From positions 10,496 through 74,495 of the forward strand of contig JBLFWR010000004.1 in NCBI GenBank assembly GCA_047611725.1: DNA of 64,000 nt, given 5' to 3'. The stretch comes from Candidatus Binatia bacterium (GTDB lineage Bacteria > Desulfobacterota > Binatia > UBA1149 > CAITLU01). Made by a program: the position numbers and the translations under genes. Positions 20,259 to 29,383 of the stretch are shown in pieces. Position 1 is the stretch's first letter, and each line of letters starts with the position of its first letter. Under the pieces are notes generated by a model. That model ran no database searches and was not told the DNA's origin. It saw only the letters and a program-made list of their open reading frames with translations.

Positions 20259-22325
20259 TCATGAGCCGTTGCTTCCCAGCCAGCTCAATGTGGCAAAGAC
20301 GGATCGACCGGGAAGCGGAAAACCAAGATCGTCGGGCACAAGGCTATCGGTAAGGTTTTCTAGCTCAATCGCCAGCTGCCAATGGCGCCACGGGCCCAAT
20401 ACGAGTGAGACATCGTGCTGGAGCCGAGACGAGATCGCCTGGGCTTCGGTATTTTCGATGTCGCTGAAATGACGGCCTGTGAACTGCGTTTCCCATGCTA
20501 ACAGCCAGCGACTGCGCCCGAAGGCGAGCCGCGTCGAGAACTCTTCCCGAGCAACCCCTGGCAGTTGGCGCCCGAGCTCACTTTCTGGGGCACTCGGGCT
20601 CACATTTCGTGAGTCCTGGTAGGTGTAGTTTGAGCTCAGCGACCAGCCCCTCGGTGCATCCAAGCGCAGCCCGACCTCGTGTCCACGAATTTGGCCAGCT
20701 TCCAGGTTGTTGGCCTTGGGGATTCCAAACGAATCCAGACTGACGACGATGATGTCGTCAGTGTCATTGGCAAACCACGCGTACTCCAAGCCGAGCTTCC
20801 AAGCTTGGTGCGATAGGCTGACGGCTGCACCGACGTCAAAACTTTTTCCGTCCTCGGGTTTCAAGGCGGGGTTCTCTCGAGCGAAGCCGTCGGAGCCGAA
20901 CTGCTCGGATAGGGTCGGAGGGCGAAACCACGTGCTCGCGTTGGCTTTCAAGGTGAGCCATCCGAGCGGCGCCCAACGAAGGCCCAGTCTGGGGTCGGTG
21001 GAATCGGTGCTCACTGAGGAAAGAGCGGCGCCGTCGTTACCGATGGTTTCGCCTTCGAAATGATTCCAGAGCTGCTGGTGTCGCAACTGGAGCGAGACGG
21101 TCAGGTCGAGGGTATCGAACGCGATCTCGTCGCCGACTGCGATCGCGAAAGTGTCTCGCTCCACGTTGCGATCGGGGAACGATGCGTTTTCTTCGGCGAA
21201 CTCCCCCTCGAAATCTTCGTGGGCGCCCTCAACCGATGCTTCCAACAGGTGACGATCGGCAACCACACGCTGCCAGTGCGCGCCCAGGTCGGCCGTCCAG
21301 CTCTTCGTCTCGTTGCCGGCCACGACCTCTTCATCTGCTGAGACATGCAGATTCTTACGCAGCACCAGTATAGAGCCGCCGATCGACCACTGGCGGGCAT
21401 CAATCGTGGCCGAGAACACGTCTTGGAATGTACGAAGGCGGACCCCTTTGAACTCGAAGGGCACCAAGCCCGGTACGCCTTCGTCTCGGTGAAGCAATGT
21501 GTTTCTGAGAACCAGGCGGCGGTTGTTATGGAGTGGGCGGGTCCAGGTCGCGCCAGCATCCAACGATTCTGTGTTGTTGTTCTTTCTGGGCCGAACGCGG
21601 TCGTCGAAAGGATTTTCTCGAGTCCCACCGTCATCCAAGAAATCGAAGTCGCCATCGGTTTGTCGCCAGGCCAGTGAAACCCCGACGGTTCCTGAGGCCC
21701 ACGGTGCTGAAAAGTGCCCGTTGGCGCCTCCGGTACCATAGGACCCGAGGCTCAACGCCGCCCCATAACTGGGCTTGGACGCTGTTCGCGTGATGATGTT
21801 GATCAGGCTCGCCCCGGAGCCGGCTGCGTAGCGCAGCGGGGTAAACCCTCGATGGAGGTCGATGCGCTCGACCATGGAAGCAGGCAGCGTGGCCAGATCC
21901 ACGACCGGATCGTTGGCGCGGCCCAACGGGACACCATCGAGCAGTATTCGCACCTGCCCCGAACGCGCTCCGCGAATGCTCAGCGTGCTGCGCGTCTCGC
22001 GTCCGCCCTGGCTGCGCACTCGAACGCTGGTGCTGCGGTCGAGAATTTCGGCGATGTCTTCGGTTCCACGCCATACCGATCGCATGTCGATACTTTCGAC
22101 GAACCCCGTGCTGTCGTTGGCGACTTCGTTGCTGCGTACGATCGCTCGCGATGCCGAGTCTTCGGCGTCTGCTTCCACGACAACCGGGGGAAGCTCGGTG
22201 AGCTGGTCGCCCAGAGCCAGATTCGGAACGGTTAGTGCGATGGCGAACAGCAGCACCAAGCCACAGCTGGCTGCGGTTTGAGGTTGCCCGGATGGGAAAC
22301 GAAGGTTGCGGTGGCACGGCATCAA
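20259..22325 (-). CDS. TonB-dependent outer-membrane receptor
   Basis: 688-aa ORF. TonB-box/plug region (ELPPVVVEADAEDS; TLSIRGARSGQVRILLDGVPL), a long beta-barrel and the C-terminal motif LENLTDSL...GRSVFATLSW. The start is uncertain because the ORF edge overlaps the divergent dxr upstream region. Confidence 0.85.
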   Translation of the reverse strand: MMPCHRNLRFPSGQPQTAASCGLVLLFAIALTVPNLALGDQLTELPPVVVEADAEDSASRAIVRSNEVANDSTGFVESIDMRSVWRGTEDIAEILDRSTSVRVRSQGGRETRSTLSIRGARSGQVRILLDGVPLGRANDPVVDLATLPASMVERIDLHRGFTPLRYAAGSGASLINIITRTASKPSYGAALSLGSYGTGGANGHFSAPWASGTVGVSLAWRQTDGDFDFLDDGGTRENPFDDRVRPRKNNNTESLDAGATWTRPLHNNRRLVLRNTLLHRDEGVPGLVPFEFKGVRLRTFQDVFSATIDARQWSIGGSILVLRKNLHVSADEEVVAGNETKSWTADLGAHWQRVVADRHLLEASVEGAHEDFEGEFAEENASFPDRNVERDTFAIAVGDEIAFDTLDLTVSLQLRHQQLWNHFEGETIGNDGAALSSVSTDSTDPRLGLRWAPLGWLTLKANASTWFRPPTLSEQFGSDGFARENPALKPEDGKSFDVGAAVSLSHQAWKLGLEYAWFANDTDDIIVVSLDSFGIPKANNLEAGQIRGHEVGLRLDAPRGWSLSSNYTYQDSRNVSPSAPESELGRQLPGVAREEFSTRLAFGRSRWLLAWETQFTGRHFSDIENTEAQAISSRLQHDVSLVLGPWRHWQLAIELENLTDSLVPDDLGFPLPGRSVFATLSWLGSNGS

Positions 22326-22355
22326 AGCGGCGGCACGCTAGGGACCGGAGCCCGA

Positions 22356-22390
22356 GCTGTCAATCGGGCCCCGCGCATCACATTGACAGC
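22356..22390. promoter_or_regulatory. 9-bp inverted repeat in the divergent TonB-receptor / dxr intergenic region
   Basis: GCTGTCAAT (22356-22364) and ATTGACAGC (22382-22390) with a 17-nt spacer, inside the ~90-bp region between the divergent starts. Operator-like geometry; binding has not been shown. Confidence 0.3.
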
Positions 22391-22418
22391 CCGCGAAACG
22401 GGTAATACACCGGCGCGA

Positions 22419-23600
22419 ATGCCAAGTTCGCAAAAAAAGAGAGTGTCGATTCTCGGTTCGACCGGCTCGATCGGAACGACCACCCTTGAGCTTGTCTCGC
22501 GCTTCCCCAATCGCTTCGACATCGTGGCCTTGGCGGCCGGTCGCCGTGTCGCAGATCTAAAAGACCAGATCGCGCGCTTCAACCCTGAACTCGTCTCGAT
22601 CGCCGACCCCGCTGACGCAGCTCATCTCCGTGACGCCCTCGGCGCGGATGGACCCGCCGTGGTAAGCGGCCCGGAAGGCCTTTGTCGCGTTGCGACCGCA
22701 CCGGGAACCGATGTGCTGGTGTCCGCTCTGGTTGGGGCGGTGGGAGTTCCTCCAACTTTGGCTGCGGTCGATGCCGGAATTGATATCGGTCTGGCGAACA
22801 AAGAAGTGATGGTCGTGGCCGGTGAGTTGGTCGGGAGTCGAGCTAGAAAGGCCGGCTGTACGGTGTTGCCGATTGATAGTGAGCACAACGCGATTTTTCA
22901 GGCCCTAGAAGGGCGTCGTCGCGAGCACGTGGCGAAGATTGTCCTGACTGCCTCCGGGGGACCCTTCCGCGCCACCAGCGCTGAAGATCTTCGCAACGTA
23001 ACCCGTGCCCAGGCGCTGGCTCATCCGACCTGGACGATGGGTGAGAAGATCTCGATCGATTCCGCGACTCTTATGAATAAGGGGCTGGAGGTTATCGAGG
23101 CACGTTGGTTCTTCGATGCACCACCGGAAATGATCGACGTGGTTGTCCACCCGCAAAGCATCATCCATTCGATGGTGCGGTACCGTGACGGGTCGGTCAT
23201 CGCAGTCATGGCGATCCCTGACATGACCATCCCGGTTGCTCATGTCTTGGCCTATCCCGATTTGCTTGACCTCGAACATTTGCCCGTTCTGGATTTGCCG
23301 GCAGCCAGGCAGCTCACGTTTGAGCAGCCGGACACCGAGCGTTTCCCCTGCTTACGCCTGGCCTTTGAGGCTTTGCGGGCTGGCGGCACCATGCCGGCGG
23401 TCGTTAATGCGGCCAACGAGATCGCGGTCGAACGTTTTCTGGCCGGCGACATTGCGTTTCTGGAAATTTCATCGACCGTGGCCGCTACAATGGCGGCCCA
23501 CCCCGTACAGAGCTACGTCTGCGTTGAGGATCTCTACGCAGTTGATGCTTGGGCGCGGGATCATGCCGCAAACGTCGCGTCGACGCGGTTCGCGGTCTGA
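22419..23600 (+). CDS. dxr: 1-deoxy-D-xylulose-5-phosphate reductoisomerase
   Basis: ORF 22278..23600. The ATG at 22419 gives MPSSQKKRVSILGSTGSIGTTTLELV (NADPH-binding GSTGSIG). Also LANKE, IDSEHNAIFQ, HPTWTMGEKISIDSATLMNKGLEVIEA and HPQSIIHSMV. Confidence 0.95.
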   Translation: MPSSQKKRVSILGSTGSIGTTTLELVSRFPNRFDIVALAAGRRVADLKDQIARFNPELVSIADPADAAHLRDALGADGPAVVSGPEGLCRVATAPGTDVLVSALVGAVGVPPTLAAVDAGIDIGLANKEVMVVAGELVGSRARKAGCTVLPIDSEHNAIFQALEGRRREHVAKIVLTASGGPFRATSAEDLRNVTRAQALAHPTWTMGEKISIDSATLMNKGLEVIEARWFFDAPPEMIDVVVHPQSIIHSMVRYRDGSVIAVMAIPDMTIPVAHVLAYPDLLDLEHLPVLDLPAARQLTFEQPDTERFPCLRLAFEALRAGGTMPAVVNAANEIAVERFLAGDIAFLEISSTVAATMAAHPVQSYVCVEDLYAVDAWARDHAANVASTRFAV

Positions 23601-23606
23601 GAATTA

Positions 23607-25592
23607 GTGGCGATTTCTCGCCCGGCTAACGCCTTGCTAGACAAAATCCGAAACGCGCTCCCTTGGCTCGCCGTTGTCTCGACGGCGATCTTTGCGCTAC
23701 GCAAAATCGACGACTTCGATACTTGGTGGCACCTGGCGGCCGGCCGCTGGATTGTGCGCAACCTTTCGGTGCCGGCGCACGACGTCCTGTCGTTCACAGT
23801 CCCCGACCACGAGTGGCTCAACCTGCAATGGTTGTATGATGTCGCCCTCTACGCGCTGTGGAGTTTGGGCGGACCCAACCTGCTGATCTTTTCTTCGGTG
23901 GTCTGTTTCGCCGGGGCCATAGCTGTCATGGGTCGTGTGGTCTCGCGGTCAGTCGATCCGGTCACAACTACGATTGTGCTCGCCTGGGCTGCGGCCATGT
24001 CTGCTGAGCGTTTTACGGTTCGCCCGGAGATGGCGACCTTCGTGCTGTTTGCGGTGGTGTGGGAGCTCGTCAGTCGCGCCCGCAGCAATGGCGGGAAACA
24101 TCTTTGGTGTCTGGTCCCAGTTTTGGTTCTCTGGGCCAATCTTCACTCGTTGTTCGTCTTGGGCCTGGCGCTGGTGTTGGCACATATCGTTGCGGCCGAG
24201 CTTGTGCCCTACTTGCCGCTGCCCCGTGGGTGGATCGAAGACAGCCGGTGGGAACCCACGGCGCGCAAGCAACTGCGGCAGTGGGGCGGCGCGGCGGTCT
24301 TGGCCACCTTGATCAATCCCTATGGGGCCAAAGCCTGGCTGTTTCCGCTGGAACTTTTCTCGCGCATCGATGGCAGTTCACGAGAAGTTTTTCAGGTTAT
24401 TGGCGAGTTCAGACCGCCGTGGTCGGGTTACTTCCCAACGTTTTCGATCGGCGCGTACCAGGGCTTCTTTGTTGTGGCTTGTGCCGTGGTGGTGGTTGCG
24501 GGGCTGCTTCGCGCTTGGCCACAACGACCGCGACGACGGCCGCGACGACCACGCCAAGGCGTAATCGAGGGTGCTCGTTTTGACCTTGGATCGGTCGCCA
24601 TCTTTGCAGCGTTGGCTTGGCTATCGCTGTTGGCGCGTCGAAACGTAGGAGTGTTCGCAATCGGATCGCTGCCGGTGGTGGCGGCTTGTCTACGCATCAT
24701 TTGGGAGCGAAGCCCTGAGCTAGTGCGCCGTGGTTTGGCTTCCTTCGGCTTGGTCCTCGTCTTTGTCTTGCCGGTGGGTGCTGTCGGGTTGTCGTACTTC
24801 GTGATCGGCAACCATTGGTATGCGGTAGCCGGAGAGCAGCACGAATTTGGGATCGGTGTGTTCGAGGAAAACTTCCCGATTTATGCGGCCGAGTTTTTCA
24901 AGAAACAAAACTTGCCTGGGCCCCTCTATAACGACATGACCGCGGGCGGCTATCTGACTTGGGCCCAGCCGACGCCAGACGGTGTCTATGTCGATGGACG
25001 CCTTGAGGTCTACGACCCGCCATTTTTCAGCACGTATTTGAACTCTCTGAGGGATCTGAATGTTTTTTCGAGCCAGGTCGAAAAATTCGATATTCAGTCG
25101 GTTTTGCTTTTTCATCGATGGGGCAACCGCGATCGCCTAATCTCAGCACTGACGAACAGTCCTGCGTGGGCGTTGGTTTATCGCGATGAAGTGGCGATCG
25201 TTTTCGTGCGGGTCGAGGGAAATACGGCGGTTGTTGCTGCCGCTCGCGAAGCCAGAGACGCCACTGATCGCATCACGTTGGAACGGCTAACAGCGCCGGT
25301 CGCGAGTTGGCAGCTGCCGTTGGCTCGCACTTACGGGCTGATGGCCTACGGACGTTTGCTGCAGAACCAAGGCGAACGTGATCAGGCTCTCGACATCTAC
25401 AAAGCGATTTTGGCTCTACCGCTTGAGGCTTCGCAGGAGATCTTCGCGCGCTTTCGCTCGGGAGCCCTGTTGGCTTATCGAGGCGACCTTTCTCAAGCTC
25501 GTCTGATGTACGAACGAATCTTGGTTCTTCAGCCCGAGGAATCAGACGCCTCGAGCATGGTCGAGCGAATCGATGCCGCGCTCGCAAACTGA
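23607..25592 (+). CDS. Polytopic membrane protein with C-terminal TPR repeats (GT-C-like, putative)
   Basis: 661-aa ORF with a GTG start. About 12 hydrophobic segments. N-terminal DFDTWWHLAAGRWIV motif. The C-terminal ~120 aa are TPR-like (YGRLLQNQGERDQALDIYKAILAL...). The product call is tentative. Confidence 0.6.
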   Translation: MAISRPANALLDKIRNALPWLAVVSTAIFALRKIDDFDTWWHLAAGRWIVRNLSVPAHDVLSFTVPDHEWLNLQWLYDVALYALWSLGGPNLLIFSSVVCFAGAIAVMGRVVSRSVDPVTTTIVLAWAAAMSAERFTVRPEMATFVLFAVVWELVSRARSNGGKHLWCLVPVLVLWANLHSLFVLGLALVLAHIVAAELVPYLPLPRGWIEDSRWEPTARKQLRQWGGAAVLATLINPYGAKAWLFPLELFSRIDGSSREVFQVIGEFRPPWSGYFPTFSIGAYQGFFVVACAVVVVAGLLRAWPQRPRRRPRRPRQGVIEGARFDLGSVAIFAALAWLSLLARRNVGVFAIGSLPVVAACLRIIWERSPELVRRGLASFGLVLVFVLPVGAVGLSYFVIGNHWYAVAGEQHEFGIGVFEENFPIYAAEFFKKQNLPGPLYNDMTAGGYLTWAQPTPDGVYVDGRLEVYDPPFFSTYLNSLRDLNVFSSQVEKFDIQSVLLFHRWGNRDRLISALTNSPAWALVYRDEVAIVFVRVEGNTAVVAAAREARDATDRITLERLTAPVASWQLPLARTYGLMAYGRLLQNQGERDQALDIYKAILALPLEASQEIFARFRSGALLAYRGDLSQARLMYERILVLQPEESDASSMVERIDAALAN

Positions 25593-27267
25593 CTCGCTTC
25601 GTCCACGGATGCCGGGTTGGGCGCGGCTGGTGCTTGTGGCGCTAGCTGGGATCTTTCTGGCGCAAACACTTTGGGCCGCCAATCGCGACTCGGTGACGAT
25701 CGATGAGTTCGTCCATCTTCCCGTTGGTCTGAACGCTTGGTACCACGGCGATTTCCGCATCGACCCCATCAACCCGCATCTGCCGCGAATGATCGCGGCA
25801 CTCCCCCTGCTGTTACACCCGCCAGCATTTTCACCGGCGCCCGAAGGGGGGCATTGGGGCATGGGCTACGATCTGGCCAATCGCAATAGCGAGCGCTACC
25901 AAGCTTTGTTCGTCGAGGCGCGCGCGATGATCGCATTGATCGGCGTTTTGCTCGTCGCTGTCGTGTTTAGCTGGGGACGCGAACTCTACGGTTGGCGAGC
26001 TGGCCTGGCCTCAGCCGCTTTGTTTGCGGTCGCGCCCTCGATGCTCGCCCACGGACACCTTGTCACTTTGGACATGGCTGGGGCGTTTGGCTTCACGCTG
26101 TCAGTCTACGCTTGCTGGCGCCTGATGATGGCTCCCAGCCGCTCCCGTGCGGTGGCTTTGGGCGTGGCCCTTGGCCTCGCGAATCTATTCAAGCTGTCGT
26201 CTTTCGTCCTGATTATCGTCGTGTTGGGACTGATTGCGTGGCGCGCGGCTACCGCTCGTCACACGGGCACATCTGCGGGGGCGTGGTTCGGTCATCTGAT
26301 TCTGGCCGGGCTGGTCGCGCTGGCGGTGCTGAATCTCGGCTATGGTTTTGACGGCACGTTTGCGCTGCTGGCCGAAGCTCGGTTGGCGGATGGTGGACTG
26401 CTGGCAAACCTGGAACGAGCCGCTCCGTGGCTGCGTTTTCCGCTACCCCTGCCAGTGATCGATGGCATCGACATGATTTTGAATGTGGGCAAGACCAGCG
26501 AGCCTTCCTACTTCTTGGCGGGTGAATTGTCGGCTGAAGGTTGGTGGTACTACCACTTGGCGGCCTTCGCTTTGAAGACGCCATTGCCGCTGTTGGCGCT
26601 ATCGCTGTGGGCGCTGGTTCGATGGCTGGGAGGCTATGATCGAGCGCCGCTTAGCTCGGTGGTGTGGGTCGCCGTGGTTGCGATTTTTGCCGCCAACAGT
26701 GCGTTCAATTCTTTGGCCATTGGAGTGCGCCACGTGCTCGCAGCCGTGCCGTTGCTGCTGATTCCCTGCGGAGGAGTTGTCGCCGCTACGGTTACGCGTT
26801 GGAACGGGGCCCGCGTGAACAGGTCGGCAGTCGGTGCTGGGATCGCCGCGTTGCTATGCCTTTGGCTGGCGGCTGAATCGCTTTCGGTGGCACCGCGCTA
26901 TCTTCAGTACTGCAACCAGATCGCTGGAAGTGCCGACGGCTGTCACGAGTGGTTGGTCGATTCGAATATTGACTGGGGACAAGACCTGTTGCGCTTGCGC
27001 GAGTATATCGACGAGCGTCAACTTGCCGGTGTTCATCTAGCGTACTTCGGCCGTGTGGACCCACTTGTTTACGGCATTCGCTACGCTCCGCTGCACCCAA
27101 CGTCGAGCGGCACAGCGGTCATCTCCGCATCTTTTTTGATGGGGCGTCCTTACTTTTGGTTCGTGAATGGCCGTTATGGTTGGGCGCGCGCTAACACCTA
27201 TGCGTGGATGCGCGACAAGCAACCGGTGGATCGCGTCGGTTCATTGCTCGTGTACGAACTTCCTTAG
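25573..27267 (+). CDS. GT-C family glycosyltransferase (ArnT/PMT, GT39/GT83-like)
   Basis: 564-aa ORF; an alternative ATG at 25609 would avoid the 20-nt overlap. The first-loop motif SVTIDEFVHLPVGL and the polytopic N-terminal half followed by a soluble C-terminal domain are typical of dolichyl/undecaprenyl-phosphate-sugar-dependent transferases. Confidence 0.7.
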   Translation: MPRSQTDSLRPRMPGWARLVLVALAGIFLAQTLWAANRDSVTIDEFVHLPVGLNAWYHGDFRIDPINPHLPRMIAALPLLLHPPAFSPAPEGGHWGMGYDLANRNSERYQALFVEARAMIALIGVLLVAVVFSWGRELYGWRAGLASAALFAVAPSMLAHGHLVTLDMAGAFGFTLSVYACWRLMMAPSRSRAVALGVALGLANLFKLSSFVLIIVVLGLIAWRAATARHTGTSAGAWFGHLILAGLVALAVLNLGYGFDGTFALLAEARLADGGLLANLERAAPWLRFPLPLPVIDGIDMILNVGKTSEPSYFLAGELSAEGWWYYHLAAFALKTPLPLLALSLWALVRWLGGYDRAPLSSVVWVAVVAIFAANSAFNSLAIGVRHVLAAVPLLLIPCGGVVAATVTRWNGARVNRSAVGAGIAALLCLWLAAESLSVAPRYLQYCNQIAGSADGCHEWLVDSNIDWGQDLLRLREYIDERQLAGVHLAYFGRVDPLVYGIRYAPLHPTSSGTAVISASFLMGRPYFWFVNGRYGWARANTYAWMRDKQPVDRVGSLLVYELP

Positions 27268-28016
27268 GAAAGGCTTTTTCGCGGTTTCACGGCAATCGCT
27301 GCTAGCGACAACCCGAAAGGTAGGCCGCATGTTGCCGCTGCCGCGGCCTCCGCGTGATAAACCCCGAGCATAATACGATTCAGAAGAGGCGGGACCGTTC
27401 CGAGGTCAGCAGTTTCGGATTCGTTGCCGGTAACATTTCGAAGCGCACGGACTGCCGCTGCCACCGGTAAGATCACGCAGCTCGACCAACCCACACGCTC
27501 AATTTCCAATGGTGACGAAGCGAGCAGGGCGCGCAGGCCCCGTCGAGTGTAGCGGCGCTTGTGTTCGAGAATCTCGTCGTGACGGCTCCACATCGAAGGC
27601 CAGGCCGGAACGTGGATCGCGACGGTGCCGCCCGGTCGCAGCACGCGCGCGAGTTCAGCGACCATCGCTCGGTCGTCTGCAACATGCTCAAGAATGTCGA
27701 AAGCGGTGACTAGGTCGAAGCTATTGTCGGCGAAGGGTAGTGCGGTCGCGTCAGCTGCCACGGCCTCGCTCACCCCGCGGCGGCGCGCTAGAGCTAGGGC
27801 CGCGGGGCTGAAATCGGTAGCAACCACCGAGCCGTAGCGGCCAAAATCGGTGGCCACCGCTCCGGTCCCGCAGCCAACATCCAAAATGCGCGAACTGGCG
27901 CGGTTGGCTGGGTCGAGGCGCTGGCCGAGCAGACGACGGAAAAGCAGGCGTTTCCCCACAAACCACCAGTGGGTAGTTTCGACTTCGAACATTTCCTGGT
28001 GCTGCTGTTCTTGCAT
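27264..28016 (-). CDS. Class I SAM-dependent methyltransferase
   Basis: 250 aa. Motif I ILDVGCGTGAVA, post-I VVATDFS, and later LRPGGTVAIHVP. It is convergent with the GT-C gene, with a 4-nt overlap. Confidence 0.8.
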   Translation of the reverse strand: MQEQQHQEMFEVETTHWWFVGKRLLFRRLLGQRLDPANRASSRILDVGCGTGAVATDFGRYGSVVATDFSPAALALARRRGVSEAVAADATALPFADNSFDLVTAFDILEHVADDRAMVAELARVLRPGGTVAIHVPAWPSMWSRHDEILEHKRRYTRRGLRALLASSPLEIERVGWSSCVILPVAAAVRALRNVTGNESETADLGTVPPLLNRIMLGVYHAEAAAAATCGLPFGLSLAAIAVKPRKSLS

Positions 28017-28081
28017 GGGCGTTCCGGTCGGGCCGTGTCGCTGCTACTAAGAAAGATCGTGGCGACACCCCAGAGAATGTT

Positions 28082-28420
28082 GTGACCGATCAGAATTCAA
28101 CCGACCCCGTTTCAATACCACCAGCTGCTCCCTTGCCAGCGGGGTCAAACGCGACTCGTCTCCTCCAGGCTGCGGCGATCGCGGTTGTCGTCTTCGGCAT
28201 CGAATGGCGAATGGCCGATCCGTATGCGATCGCGCTCGATCCGCAACTGTGGCCGCTCCCGTACTCGATGCTGTTCATGATGCTGCCGGTGGCGCTCGGG
28301 GCTTGGGCCTTCGAGGCAACCTCGAACGGCAAGCCTGGATTTAGGGTGGATGCACTCAGGGGCATTTTGGCTGGGACTTTGTCCTATGTTGCGCTCAGCG
28401 TCTTTGTTCGGTTCTTTTGA
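28082..28420 (+). CDS. Small membrane protein, hypothetical
   Basis: 112-aa ORF with a GTG start and three hydrophobic segments. No recognisable motif. Confidence 0.4.
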   Translation: MTDQNSTDPVSIPPAAPLPAGSNATRLLQAAAIAVVVFGIEWRMADPYAIALDPQLWPLPYSMLFMMLPVALGAWAFEATSNGKPGFRVDALRGILAGTLSYVALSVFVRFF

Positions 28421-28477
28421 ACGGCGCCTCGCTCGGGCTGGGGCTCGTTCTGGGGCACTGGCTGGGGAAAGTTTCGA

Positions 28478-29383
28478 TTAAACTCCAAGTTCCGTGACCT
28501 TCAAGCCCACACGGCGGGCAACCATGGCTCGATAGCTTTCTTGCAGCTGTTTCGTCAGTGCTCCCACAGCTCCGGACGCCACTTGGCGTCGCCCAACCCT
28601 TACAACCGGAACGATTTCGATGGACGTCGACGTTAGAAAAATCTCGTCGGCATTCCACATGTCTTCGACCTTGAATCGACGTTCGATGACATCGGCACGG
28701 CGGCGAGCGATCCGTAAAACCATCGCTCGGGTCACACCCGGCAGAACGCCATCTAGGACCGGAGTCGTGATGACCTTGCCGTTCTTGACGATAAACACGT
28801 TGCTGGTTGTCCCTTCCAAAACCGTACCGTCGTCGAGTTGATAGATGCCCTCGAAACAACCCCGCTCGCGCGCCGCGGCTTTGCCGAGCACCGCTGGCAG
28901 ATAGTTGATCGTTTTCAACTGCGGCATGTCCGGGCGCCCACCGCTGCTCGGCCGGATCATGTGTACGCCTATCCCTTCGCTGCGGACCTGTTCCAAGCCG
29001 GGTTCAAGGCCACGCAATAGCATGAGCTGGGTTGGACGCTGGGCTCCAGTCGGCAACAGCCAACCTTGGCCGGGGCCACGCGTGATGGTCAGGCGCATGA
29101 TGGCGGCGCTTGTGCCGTAACCGTTGCGCTTCGAAAGTGAGATCGCGCGTCGCTCCCATGGTTGGCTGGGGTCGAAGGGAATGCCCAGGGCTTTGGCTGA
29201 GTGGGCCATTCGCCGCAGGTGCTCAGCGGTCGCGAAGGGGCGGCCACTGTAGGTTCGCCAAGCTTCGAATAGGCCTTCGCCGAACAGAAAGCCTCGATCC
29301 AGAACTGAAATGCCGGCGTCATGAACGTCGAGATAGCGACCATTTAGATAGCAAATTGAAGGAGTCATTGCGTTCGCGCTCAT
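28478..29383 (-). CDS. pabC: Class IV aminotransferase-fold enzyme, probable aminodeoxychorismate lyase
   Basis: ORF 28478..29560. The ATG at 29383 overlaps the pabB stop (ATGA). N-terminal YLNGRYLDVHDAGISVLDRGFLFGEGLFE and later LEGTTSNVFIVKNGKVITTP are class IV (PabC/IlvE/Dat) motifs. The PabC assignment rests on translational coupling to pabB. Confidence 0.65.
   Translation of the reverse strand: MSANAMTPSICYLNGRYLDVHDAGISVLDRGFLFGEGLFEAWRTYSGRPFATAEHLRRMAHSAKALGIPFDPSQPWERRAISLSKRNGYGTSAAIMRLTITRGPGQGWLLPTGAQRPTQLMLLRGLEPGLEQVRSEGIGVHMIRPSSGGRPDMPQLKTINYLPAVLGKAAARERGCFEGIYQLDDGTVLEGTTSNVFIVKNGKVITTPVLDGVLPGVTRAMVLRIARRRADVIERRFKVEDMWNADEIFLTSTSIEIVPVVRVGRRQVASGAVGALTKQLQESYRAMVARRVGLKVTELGV

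Noticed and set aside
54-22325. In-frame UGA (selenocysteine) codons within the Cys-rich genes.
   Set aside because: Each Cys-rich ORF is continuous from a good start with a ribosome-binding site to its stop. I found no pair of adjacent same-frame ORFs separated by a single TGA. This was only a visual check of the ORF track, not a SECIS search.
22326-22418. Riboswitch (e.g. cobalamin) upstream of the TonB-dependent receptor.
   Set aside because: The divergent intergenic region is only about 90 nt, too short for a cobalamin aptamer, and I saw no B12-box-like GCCACTG. Only a simple inverted repeat is present.
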